Assembly: GCF_006345805.1 (NCBI RefSeq)
Contig: NC_042997.1
Coordinates: 58,714,001 to 58,778,000, forward strand
Reading direction: 5' to 3'
Source: Octopus sinensis
Taxonomy: Eukaryota
DNA length: 64,000 bases
Shown in pieces: positions 25,846 through 38,800 of the stretch. Position 1 is the stretch's first letter. The number at the start of each line of letters is the position of its first letter. The translations under genes were made by a program, and so were the position numbers. The notes below the pieces were generated by a model that was not told where the DNA came from, did no database searches, and saw only the letters and a program-made list of their open reading frames with translations.

Positions 25846-26842
25846 GAATCTGCCAGCTCGCCGCCAGTTGAATTAACAGAAAATGTCTGACAGAATTCGG
25901 GAAGAAAACGCTTGGTGCTGTATCTGTTTTAACTTTAAGTAGTTCCAGTAAAACTTAGAAACTTTGACACAGTATGGTAATTGCTTAAATGTTAAACCAA
26001 CACCATTACCAATTCTTTCCTTTTCGTAACTTTTTTCTGGATTAAAGGTGTCATATGTGAACAAATCGATAGAACGCTGGTTGCATAATCTCAATGTCAG
26101 TATTTAGCTTCCTTTCACTTGTTCTGCATAGTGTGACAACGATTGAAAAATATAAGCCTCATTAATTTTATATTTTGGTCATTGACACTAGCTGTAAACA
26201 GGCAACCCATGATGATATCATTGAATGCTTTAAGCTTGTATAGTGACACTATGAATATGCATAGGACTTAATTGGATCGCAGTGTTGATTTCAAATAATA
26301 CTATGTAGAAATAGCCACCTGCAAAAGATCAATTATTGCTTAGCCTTAGATCTGCTCTGATTTAACAGTTTCATAAGCAAAACCATTCCGTCTAGGACAA
26401 TATGTATTATTTTGCATATCTAAAACTGCGTTATCCTAGGTGACCTTCACGTTTTGAGAACTGAGAATAGAGTACAAGCGATTTGAGGGAGATTTGTTCG
26501 TTATTTCTAGCAGGTCAACCGACCGTGTAGAGAAGCTCCCTCGTTATTTTACCAGTGTGGTTGGGGGTGAGATATAGGTTGCTGATCCTATGAACCTTTA
26601 AGACTCATAAGTAACTTTTTTCTATAATTTTTTATTGCGATATTTTCTTTATAAGCTAGAGTTAGGTTCAAGAATAATTAAGTGAGAGATTCAAGATGAG
26701 ACTAATAATTCCCAATAGGTCAGTAACCATTGGTTTTATAGAAACAGAAGAAACAAAATGCTTCTTTATTTTTAATCTTTTTTCGTCGCCATCTACTTTC
26801 CAACCTCTCTTTTTTTCCTATTTTTTCTTGTTCTTTCCACCA

Positions 26843-26905
<63 letters not shown>

Positions 26906-26927
26906 GTATATATATATATATATATAT

Positions 26928-28114
<1,187 letters not shown>

Positions 28115-28140
28115 CATATATATATATAATATTATATATA

Positions 28141-28211
<71 letters not shown>

Positions 28212-28694
28212 GTATGTATATATATATATATATTCGTCTTGTGTGCTGTTCTATACTTCCTGCCTTTTTGCTCTATCTATTATCTTGCTGTCTATAAATT
28301 TGGCTACATAACAATATCTACTTGTGCTCCATACGAGAAGATTAATTAATGTTCCTTTCTTTTCAACTAAACGTATCTGCCAACTGATAATCATCTATTA
28401 CTACCAAGTAGCCAATAAGTTTGCATCACCGACGCCATCACTACCAACAAATATAATAATACCGCCATCAACAACAGCAACAACGAGCTAATGGGAAAGC
28501 ATCTTGATGTCGCTCCACGTGCCAGAAATTGCTGCCGAATCTTGTTCAAATATCACACTAACACCCTCAAAATAGTTAAATATACAGAATAAATGATAAT
28601 GATGATGCCGACGACGACGACGACAACGACAACGACGTCAACCACGACCACAAGGATGGTGATCATGTTGAGGACAATGATGACGACGATAACT

Positions 28695-29276
28695 TTTCTA
28701 CTCTAGGCACAAGGCCCGAAATTTGAGGGGAGTGGCCAGTAGATTAGATCGACCCCAGTACGCAACTAGTACTTAATTTATCGACCTCCAAAGGAAGAAA
28801 GGCAAAGTCAACCTGGGCGGAATTTGAACTCAGAAGGTAAAGACAGACGTGATAACGTTTCTTATTTCTTTATTGCCCATAAGGAGCTAAACACAGAGGG
28901 GACAAACAAGGACAGACAAAGGGATTAAGTCGATTACATTGACCCCAGTGTGTAACTGGTTCTTAATTTATCGACCCCCGAAAGGATGAAAGGCAAAGTC
29001 GACTCGGCGGAATTTGTACTCAGAACGTAACGGCTGACGAAAACCTATCTATTTACTACCCACAAGGGGCTAAACACAGAGAGAACAAACAAGAACAGAC
29101 AAACAGATTAAGTCGATTACATCGACACTAGTGCGTAACTGGTACTTAATTTATCGACCCCCGAAAGGGTGAAAGGCAAAGTCGACCTCGGCGGAATTTG
29201 AACTCAGAACGTAACGGCAGACGAAATACGGCTATGCATTTCGCCGGCGTGCTAACGTTTCTGCCAGCTCACCACC
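28695..29276 (-). mobile_element. SINE family A trimer
   Basis: Head at 29276; three body units of ~185 bp. Confidence 0.9.
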
Positions 29277-29349
29277 GAAGAAGAATATTCAAGGAAGTTT
29301 TGATTTCTCTTATACATTTCATGATTGCGTTGATCCATTTGACAAGCAT

Positions 29350-30790
29350 ATTAAAAAAAACCAAGGCATGCATACCAGCTTACGACAATCGAAGAGAAAA
29401 ATAAATCGTCTACTATCTAAAGATGGCCTTAAATTGTATGCTGCACATGAAAAAGCTTTGAATTTTTTTATTCAAATAGTAATAATATTCAACAAGAATA
29501 TTGATATTCAGTTTGGGATGATTATGATTAAGTGTGCAATGTTAATTATGAAGAGAGATCGAGTTAGCGAATCTGATGAGATAAGAATTGCACAAGTTGG
29601 TATCATTAGATATCTGAATGAGATTTAGAAGTAGAAGTATTTCGGGTGCTGCAGGATGATGAGGTAATATAAAGAGAAGTAGAGAGAATATCTCCAAAGT
29701 GCATAAGAGAAAAGTTAGGAAGATGTTTGAGCAGTAATATAATCAATGTAATCTATACGTGGGCCATACTAACGGTGCAATACTCTGCTCCGTTTTTTAA
29801 AGTGAACAAAGACAGAGTTACAGGATTGACAAGAAAACTGGGAGCTGTTTACAGTGCATAACTTACTCCACTCCAAAAGTAGCATCGATAGGATCTATTT
29901 ACTAAGAACTGAAAAAAAGTTTGTTAAATGTAGAAGGCACTATCAATACTCCGATTTGGAATGAAACCTATTATATGCGGATAGAAATATAGTAGTCACA
30001 GAGACGGAGAATAGAAATAGAAAGACTAATGACAAGACAAATTACTGAAAAGTGAAGGTATATGGCCAATTCATACCATAGACCGTGGATGTGGGAAGTG
30101 AAGAACAATAGTTGTAATCGAAATCTGGAAACTTGAAACAAATATCTGAATAGCTAATTATAGTCGCTAAAGAACAAGCCATTAGAACGACAGGGATTGA
30201 AAAAACTCGGGCAGACAGCAAAGCAGAATGTCTGGAAAAAGGAACGAAAGTATTTACAATCTTCTAAGCGAATCCAGTAAGCTAACACAAGAGGAGTATG
30301 AACTCGGACATGATTGTGTCGGTAAAAGAGTGCATTAGGATATTAGCTAAGTCGATACATTTGAAATGATAGAAAAGTGCTATGAACCCGAACCAGAGGC
30401 CTTCGAGGTGAATGATAGAGACTGATCCTACTACTGAAGCAAAGGAATCAAATATGATCATGGAGTGCAAACAGAACAATCAATGAAAAATAATTGACTT
30501 TAAAAACTATATGACAGTAGAGTAGGCATCAAGGAAACTAAGAAAGTTGAAATATCAGGACTTAGCCAGAGAGACGAAGAGATTGTGAAACACAAGAGGG
30601 AAAGCGTTTCCCGAAGTAATTGGTGCCATCGGTACAACGTCAAATTTTTTATCTAAGCGGCTGACGAATACTAGAGTTGAAACACGTATTGTCGATCTGT
30701 CGAAGAAACGTACCATCCTGTGTGCAGTATAAATCTTGTAAAAGATTCTTGGAATTTGAGGTTTCGTGCCACCAAACCTCAGGATAATAT
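29350..30790 (+). mobile_element. Degenerate R4/Dong-like LINE (RT to RLE)
   Basis: DGLKLYA (DDLKLY-like); DIQFGMI.IKCAML; SIDRIYL.R; IVAKEQAIRT; KLKYQDLA; VIGAIGT. Confidence 0.75.
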
Positions 30791-30989
30791 CTCTGCCTAT
30801 TAAAATATAGTATAGTAACTTTTGTATGATGATGAAGATGATAACCATAAATACTATTAAATAGTTGATTTTTTGATTTACACACACTACTATGCAATAC
30901 TCCTCCAAAAACATACAGGAATAAACTCATACCGTAAATACCCAACAAAAGGTACCATGGAAGGCCGGCACCCAACAGAACACAACCTA

Positions 30990-31796
30990 CGCTGCACAAT
31001 CAAAACACAATACAAAAATAGTGGTTATGAGTCATGGCTAGGTTGCAGAAAGGAAAGCTAATAAGGGAAGCAGAAAGTTTGTTATTAGCTGCACAAGATC
31101 AAGCATTAAGGATTGATTGAATAAAGGCCAAGATAGACAAAAACCAAGTAGATTCCCAGTGTAGGTTACGCAAATCAAAAGAGGAAAGCGTTACTCATAT
31201 AGTAAGTGAATGTAGCATTCCGGCACAGAAAGAATACAAGGAAGAACAGGATAACCTAGTGAGAGTAATCCACGGGGAGTTATGTAGAAAGCTAGGATTT
31301 GAGCATACTAATAAAGGGTATGAATATGAACCTAGTAAAGTACTAGAAAATAAGAAATACAAGATGTTGTGGGACTTTAACATTCAGACTGACAGTGTAA
31401 TAGAAGCTAGAAAGCCTGATTTAGTAACATTAGTTAAAGAGACTAGAAAGTGTCAGATAATTGACTTTACAATGCCAAATGATGAAAAAATCAATTAGAG
31501 GTATAGAAAAAATAGCAAAGGATCAGGACCTAGCCATCGAATTACAGAGACTATGGAAAGTGCGGGTAAAATGTATCCCAGTAGTTATAGATGCATTGGG
31601 AACTATTCCTAAAGATCTGAACAGATGGATAGAGGAAATAGGCATAAAACTCTGTTTAGTACAGCCCCAGGAAATAGTGTTATTAGGGACAGCTAGGATA
31701 CTTAGGAGGGTTCTTGGCATCTAAAGTTACTTGTTGTAGACTGATGTCGGGATTTGTTTCTTTTCCAACAGTCTAATATGTTGTGTGTATATGAAA

Positions 31797-31798
<2 letters not shown>
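30990..31798 (+). mobile_element. R4/Dong-like LINE 3' part with 3' UTR ending in (AAT)n
   Basis: AAQDQALR; CRL...ESVTHIVSEC; MLWDFNIQTD..EARKPDLV; IPVVIDALGTIP; LLGTARILRRVLGI*. Confidence 0.88.
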
Positions 31799-31845
<47 letters not shown>

Positions 31846-31886
31846 TAATAATAATAATAAAATAATAATAATAATAATGATAATAT

Positions 31887-32105
31887 GAGTGGGATGGGCT
31901 ACTCGACCTGAAGAAAATTCTAACTGGGCCCCACCTGCAAGGTCATGCGCTGACTATCTTGATATAAGATCACCATGTCACGCACATATGGTTGTGATGC
32001 ATGTGCCTGGTGTACCCTTATCAGACGGGTAGTCATGATGGGTATACTGGGCTTCGTATATTTTACCCCAGTATCACTTTGATGGCATGCACTGCTCTCT
32101 CACTC
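31887..32105 (+). mobile_element. 5'-truncated copy of the 557-nt (AAT)n-anchored retroposon
   Basis: Reverse complement of ~14123-14340, with a few substitutions; flanked by (AAT)n. Confidence 0.9.
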
Positions 32106-32163
<58 letters not shown>

Positions 32164-32174
32164 TAATAATATAA

Positions 32175-32505
32175 TAATAATAAAAGCAAATAAACTCGAC
32201 ATTGTTGTGAAAGACCAAAACAATAAGGTCTTTTTAATGACTGAGACGAGCATAACCTGTGACCATAATATCTCCGCAAAGGAATTCGATAAGCTCAGAA
32301 AATATATAGATTTGCTAATCGAAATCGAAAAAATGTGGCAACTCAAGACGGTTACAATACCAGTGATTGTAGGAGTACTTGGAATGATCAAAAAGGGAAC
32401 TGAAAATTAGTTAAGAATGATCCCTGGCATACAAATCAGTCAGGAAGTGCAAAAGATTGTCTTAACTGGTACGTTACACATATTGAGAAGAGTATTGTCG
32501 CCGTG
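32175..32505 (+). mobile_element. Short R4/Dong-like RLE fragment inserted in (AAT)n
   Basis: IKANKLDIVVKD..DKLRKYIDL.IEIEKMWQLKTVTIPVIVGVLGMI...LTGTLHILRRVL. Confidence 0.85.
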
Positions 32506-34032
32506 AATTTTCTTTCCCTTTTCCCCCTTCCTTTTCTTTGTTTACCTTTTTATTATTATGTTTTATTTTTTCTCTCTGTCTTTCTTCTCCTCTTTCTCTA
32601 TCGCATAACTTTGTATATGGACAATTTAGTGTGTTTATTTTAATGGACTACCAATGTGTACAGTGCATTTCTCTGCCCTAGGTGTCAGGAAGACATTCGG
32701 CAAGAAATGGAAACAAAATTGAAAGAAGATGATAATGAAAGTAATGACAGTAATAGTGTCTCCTTATTTTTAGTATCTATCCTATTGATAACAGAATCTA
32801 CGTTCTTGGACATTCCTAGCAGCTTGTTCAGCTATATTATCAACATATTAGAGCCTTAAGAGAATTCATTGTCAGGAATTAACTTTAGCACGTAAACAAT
32901 TGGAAATTGATTTATTCTTCAAGCCAAAAATTCGTCCCAACTGCCGTAGATGTCAAACTGCTGGGCATTTTGATAACTTACCTAACTTGATTCATTACTT
33001 ATCCAAGTCACACCAGATTTCTATGAGTAGGAAGCAAAGGCCGGAGGAACATCATATTTCTGTCAATTTATATTGACAAGCTGTCAAATCTGTCTCTATC
33101 TCCACCACAGAAGGTTCGACTATCATCTACTACAAATAACAATTTACAGCTTTAACATTTACATGAAACATTAAATGATTTTATAAGAAATATTTTTTCA
33201 ACTCTTATATAGGTATATGATGTTTGCATTATTTTTTGTAATTTTAAACATTCAATTGCCCCTGGAATCTGTAATGTAGAGGTTCCAAATGACCACAAAG
33301 GTGAATCACACTTAGGAAATAAATTATATAAACTTGTGTTTAACATAACTTCTCCAACATTTGTTCTGTATATCATAATCAATAACACTGCTGAATATAG
33401 TGGTAACAAAACCAATATACAAAAAGCAGACTAGATGATGATAATCTACTTGGAGCCCTAAACTCAAGAGCAGCAGTCGTACATCTAACTGTACACACAA
33501 GATATACAATAGATACAAATACATACGTGCGCAAATGTGTGTATGTGTATATATATATATACTTGCTTCAGTCATTCGACTGCGGCCATGTTGAGGCACC
33601 GACTTGAAGAAATACATATGTGTGTGTGTGTGGTGGGGGTGTTTGTATGTGTGTGTGTCTGTGTCTGTGTGTGTGTCTTTGTTTTTGTTTTACTTGTCCC
33701 CGACCACCGCTTGACAACTGGTGTTGGCTTATTTACATTTCCGTAACTTAGCAGTTCGGCAAAAGAAACCGATAGAATAAGTAGCATGGTTTAACAAAGT
33801 ACTGGAATTCATTTGCTTGATTAAAACCTTCAAGGCCGTGCCTCAGAATAGCCGCAGTCCAGTAACAGAAGCAAGTAAAAGATGAAAGATACAAAAAAAA
33901 ACTTTAAAAAACGACAAAAATTTTGTAAGAAAGTTTTCGTGTTGTTTTAAACACTTTTCGCTACTTTCAGCTTCTCAAACACGTGTTATAAAGGAATCTG
34001 TATAATGGCAATTGTTTTAAGTAGCTGAATCG

Positions 34033-34720
34033 ACTATTTCTGGTTTAGTTTTGGTAGTAAAATTCTTATGAATTTTTTTTTTTTTGTCTTTCGTAGAAGA
34101 AATGAATGTGATCGTTGCTGAAGTACCCTAACTTTATATCTTAATTTTTGTCCGGTTTGGCCGATGTAGTTTTCACTGCATTGTGGGTATGTGATGCAGT
34201 AAATGAAATATTTTGTTTTTCAATTCATATTTGCGTTAACCTTCACTCCCTTTCCATTCTTGAATTTTGCGGTTTTTACCCTGTCCATTTAAGTCACACG
34301 TCTAACAACGGAAGTTTCTACATTTTGTCACGGGTATTATCTCTTCTTCTATTTTGAATTTCAACTTCCTGAAGTCTTTTAAGATCTATGGTTGTCTTTT
34401 GTTGTTGATAATTTGCGTTTCTTTAATTACTTTTCTGAGACTTGATGAATTGGTGTACAACTGGAAGGTATCATTTGACTGAATGAAAGACGTTATGGCT
34501 TCAAAATTATGTGACTACAAGCGGAATATTTATGTTTTTGGTTTTGTCTTCACCCTTATTGTGAGGATTTCTCCGTAACTTCGAGATTGAGATCTCCTTT
34601 GTTTTGAATATGACATGATTTACAAAGACTTTTGGGTGTATTTTCGTTTTTGAAATAATCATTTTAGGTTTACCAGTCGTTTCTCTCGTCTGCTCGAACT
34701 CATAACTCTTGATCATTTAC
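34033..34720 (-). mobile_element. Penelope-like element GIY-YIG endonuclease/linker fossil
   Basis: Minus strand: YCITYPQCSENYIGQTG at ~34150-34200; terminal KFIRILLPKLNQK* ending at 34033. Confidence 0.7.
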
Positions 34721-35039
34721 GTTTTGTCATACTAATTGAGATTTTGTTTCACATGAGATAGGTGGCAAGATCTAGAAGTCAAAGTACAGGTACACATACG
34801 TGTCATTGCAATAGAGATTAGTTGTAACGTCCAGTTTTTCTTAATTGTCAAAATGTCTAAATATGGAAGTTCCTTTTATTCATTCCCAGAGTGAATTGGA
34901 TCGATTTATTATTACTATTTTATTAATTTCCGTAATCTTGTAAGTTTTTCCTTACTTTTATTTCAAAATATGAAGCAGTCATCCAAGAATCTTTGTCAGA
35001 TTTCTTTTAACTGGACATAAGCTTGAAACCACTATGAAA

Positions 35040-35355
35040 ATTGGTTCCTAATTTCATCAGAGATTACATGAACTTTCTAAACTACGTCCCATAAAGAGTA
35101 AATATAGACAGGATTCTAGTTAGTTTCGGCGTGACCAGAATTTACACAAATATCCCCCATGAATTACCACTGAAAGCAGTAGAACATTGGATAGACTAAC
35201 ACCCACCCGATTTCAGGAAAGATTTTTTTTAAATGACGATTGGTGCTGGAAAACTTCTTTGATGATTAATATTTCCTTGAAATAATAGGACGGTGATGGG
35301 CACGGAAGTTTCATCCACGTTTGCAACAGTAGTGATGGGATTCCTTGAAGAAAAT
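35040..35355 (+). mobile_element. Penelope-like element RT fossil
   Basis: ILVSFGVTRIYTNIPHEL (LVSFDVTSLYTNIPH-like); GTVMGTEVSSTFATVVMGFLEE (GTAMG...AP.YA.L.MG.LE-like). Confidence 0.75.
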
Positions 35356-35559
35356 TATATACCCGATCTAGGATTACTTTTGATCATTTCCACTACAACT
35401 AACTTTGAAAGGTGCATACCGTTTGCTTTTTTTTCAACTGAAAACAGAAAAAAATTCCTTAAGGTGTGTAGACTCATTCTCAAAGATTTAGATATTGCAC
35501 TTTTAGTTACTACCAACGCAATCCAGTTTCATCCCTCTTGGAAAATAAGTTAAGAGCCT

Positions 35560-36090
35560 TTTTCACTTGGTTAAGTCATTTAAACTTTTCCTGAAATAGC
35601 TGAATAATTTTATTACCAATTCTCTGGTAATTTCTAAACCACAAGATTCAAAATTCTTGTTACTTTTGCTAACTTGGCTGTAGCACTTTCAATTTCTGCA
35701 TTGCCAACGTTGTTGCCGGGGGAACGTAAATGGATAAGACATTTCATTATTGCGTTCACAAGATTTATTCATTTTGCCACTCACATATGCTTCCTTGCAC
35801 ATAAAAGTGATGATATTGAGTTTGCGTTGATTTTCTAGGAAAAAGCAGCAATTTTATGCTTAGCCTTGCGTATGTTTGAAAGTATCTGCTTATTAACATC
35901 ATACTCATCACATACATTCGTCGTCGAAGCGCTAGCCTCGAGGTTGCGGTTTTGTGTCCACAGATAGTCAAATACTTTGTTGATTATTTCTCCGTCAAAG
36001 TTATAATGTAAAATACAAGGCTGAGAGATATTCAATCAGAGAAATAGCAACAAAAATTGCAGGGTAGCACAAGTTGTGCTGCATATGTGG
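35560..36090 (-). mobile_element. RTE-like LINE RT fossil
   Basis: HYNFDGEIIN (YRTDGKLFN-like) and AEIESATAKL (DEI..RIAKA-like). Very degenerate. Confidence 0.45.
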
Positions 36091-36483
36091 CTGGCTACTG
36101 TCACAATATGCACTGTAATATCGTGCTGAACCATGTGCTTTGGTATAATTATTACTTTAAAATAAGCTTACAGACTGTGTGGTCAGAAGATGGCTACTCT
36201 TTTTCTGGTGAAGGACTAATAAGTCTATAAGCTAATCAGACAACCCACTTTTTTCTACCCGCTTTGGGATATAACCTAGAGTATAATCACTGTCTGTATT
36301 TTAACAGAGAGGTTAAAATCGCATTTTTAAAAAGACCTTACATTTCCAAAAACGTTGCAACATGAATTTTGTGCACGTGTGCATGTATGCAAGCATGTAT
36401 GTATATATGTATGTATGTATATTTTAAAATTATAAGTATATGAAAGAATGGAGTTGCACGACTAGTTAACAAATATCCTTTAT

Positions 36484-36564
36484 TCTCGACATATGTTTCG
36501 AAGGCTGCATATTCCTAATTCCGAAGGAATAAGGAGTACATTATGCAGATTTCTCTTCAGGAGA
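36484..36564 (-). ncRNA. Complete type I hammerhead ribozyme, opposite strand
   Basis: Identical core on the minus strand (36560-36488); stem I TCTC/GAGA. Confidence 0.8.
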
Positions 36565-36664
36565 TTTCTTTCAAGGAGCCCATGGCGATAATCGCCATGG
36601 GCTCCTTGAGAGCGGTCAGCTAAAAGTTTTTTTGTGCATTTTGATGTCGACATAAGTTTCCTTG

Positions 36665-36749
36665 ATTTTCCTGAAGAGAAATCTGCATAATGTACTCCTT
36701 ATTCCTTCGGAATTAGGAATATGCAGCCTTCGAAACATATGTCGAGAAT
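36665..36749 (+). ncRNA. Complete type I hammerhead ribozyme
   Basis: Stem I ATTTTC/GAGAAT; CTGAAGA 36671-36677; extended stem II; GAAA 36732-36735; palindromic stem III ACATATGT; GTC 36741-36743. Confidence 0.85.
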
Positions 36750-37227
36750 AAAGGATATTTGTTAACTAGTCGTGCAACTCCATTCTTTCATATACTTATA
36801 ATTTTAAAATAAACATACAAATTTCCGCACGAAGACACGTAGTCTATGCCCTAGCGACGTAGCTTCAACCGTGTTCTTTCTGATGTGAATTTGCTACCCA
36901 GGTATCGGTTATCTTTCGAATTATCCTTAATAAGATAATTCATTCAATTACTCAAATATGTATGTATGTATGTATGTATGTAGTATGTATGTATGTATGT
37001 ATGTATATATGTATATATGTAAGTTTATATGTATGTATATATGCCATTATTCAGTTTTATTTCAAAATTTCTTATCAACAGAGAAAGAGCCGGTTTCAAA
37101 CCTAGATCCAAGGCTACTTCACTGGAATTTCAACATCAACAGGGTATTTTTGTATGTATGTGAATGTGTTGTATTTGGAGTCAGTGCATAAGCAGATTCT
37201 TATGTTTTGTTTTATGTATGCGGTCTT

Positions 37228-37760
37228 ATGCATGTCTAGTCAGTACCCCAATAATTACTGGTATAAACCTGAACTTGCAATCTGGGTAGAGTAACTGTAG
37301 ATTTCTCAATAGTTCAACGTATGAATTTTCTTTTTCACTGATCTTTGGCTTTATATTAACATCTGCTGGGCAGCTGATTTGTACTACTATACACAGTTTC
37401 TCTTCTATATCCCAAATCAATACGTCAGGTATATATTTTTATGTTTTATTGAGGCTTTCACTGGGACATTCCACCAGTACCCTTTCTTATTATGAGTGAC
37501 TACAACCTCAGCCATACAAGGCTCCTTAATTCTCTGGCTTCAGGGTTATCGTTCGGGCGGATTTCATCATACAGGCCTTGGCTACGTCATATCTCATCGG
37601 TAAATAATACCGCAATGTCACTTTTGGACAACTGCTCATGATGTGGGTGATATCTTCGTTGTTAACTACACAAAGCCTGCATCGGTTATCATAATTTTGG
37701 TGTTTCTCTTGCGTTTCCGTCCCTTTTGCACATCAGGTGTTTGGTTGATATTTCTTGTTC
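37228..37760 (-). mobile_element. RLE-type LINE fragment (family 2) with CCHC knuckle
   Basis: CRLCVVNNEDITHIMSSCPKVTLRYYLPMRYDVA; IWDIEEKLC.VVQISCPADVN...EKENSYVELLRNLQ...FIPVIIGVL. Confidence 0.8.
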
Positions 37761-37792
37761 AGGTATTTGGCTGATATTTCCCGTTTCTGTTC

Positions 37793-37823
<31 letters not shown>

Positions 37824-38222
37824 TGTATGTAGTATGTATGTATGTATGTATGTATGTATGTATGGTGACTGAACCGACAACCCTATTGAGCTTGATTGGT
37901 AAGGCGGGTGGTTTTCGTTAGACATCCAGTAGGACGCGAAGCAAACCTGTCAAAAAACAAATGAACTCAGTAGAATCAACGTTGTCCAATAGTTGAGAGT
38001 GAGAGACCCCGTAGTCTTTGTTTCGATTTCTCCCTGAGAGAAAGAAATTCTGAAACAACACCCACCTCATTGCAAAACTGGAGATCTTGTTCTTGCTCGT
38101 TTCTAGACTACTCGGCTCTGTAGACGAGAGTCTTAGCAGTATCGTACAAGCTGTTATTGACTTTAAATTTCAGTTTGGGCATTACTGACAGTCAGTTTTT
38201 TTAATATCTAGGATAAAATGAA

Positions 38223-38440
38223 GCGGCGAGCTGGCAGAATCGTTCGTATGCCGGGCGAAATACTTAGCAGCATTTCGTCGTTCGTCTTCACATTCTGAGT
38301 TCAAATTCCGACGAGGTCCACTTTGCCTTTAATCCTTTAGGGGTCGATAAAATATGTACTAGTTAAGTACTGGGGTCGATGTAATCGACTTGCTCCCTTC
38401 TCTGAAATTGCTGGCCTGGAGCCAAAATTTGAAATCAATA
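38223..38440 (+). mobile_element. SINE family A; other copies at 47590-47790 (+), 54355-54745 (-), 60371-60597 (-), 61930-62015 (+), 62043-62245 (+)
   Basis: Head GCGGCGAGCTGGCAGAA plus the family A body. Confidence 0.88.
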
Positions 38441-38769
38441 TCTAGGATAAGATAATTTTTCAATAATGATCGACAGCCATCGTGTATGTACATATGTGCG
38501 TGTATACATGTATGTATGAACGTTATATAAGACTTTAACAAAAACTAAGAGTAAAAAGAACAAGCCTCTGTGACGAGGTATATATCTCATTTATCCCATT
38601 CCGAGCGACTGCTTTACCAATCATACAACAAAGTGCCTGCTGTCCATCCTTGTTAAACTAAATTACTGGCATAAACTAGCATTTGTACTTCACTGCATAT
38701 CACAGTTAATTTTATAGCCACTTATCACGGGAATTAACTCTAAAAGTATGGATAATTATAAATTAGAAT

Positions 38770-38800
<31 letters not shown>

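Larger units (their letters stand above)
36421..36810. mobile_element. 390-bp palindromic element: 142-bp perfect inverted repeats plus a central 19-bp hairpin
   Basis: 36421-36562 is the exact reverse complement of 36669-36810. 36571-36589 and 36591-36609 form a perfect hairpin around A36590. Confidence 0.95.

Noticed and set aside
32982-33020. 39-nt minus-strand exon candidate with good splice signals
   Set aside because: Every frame contains a stop.
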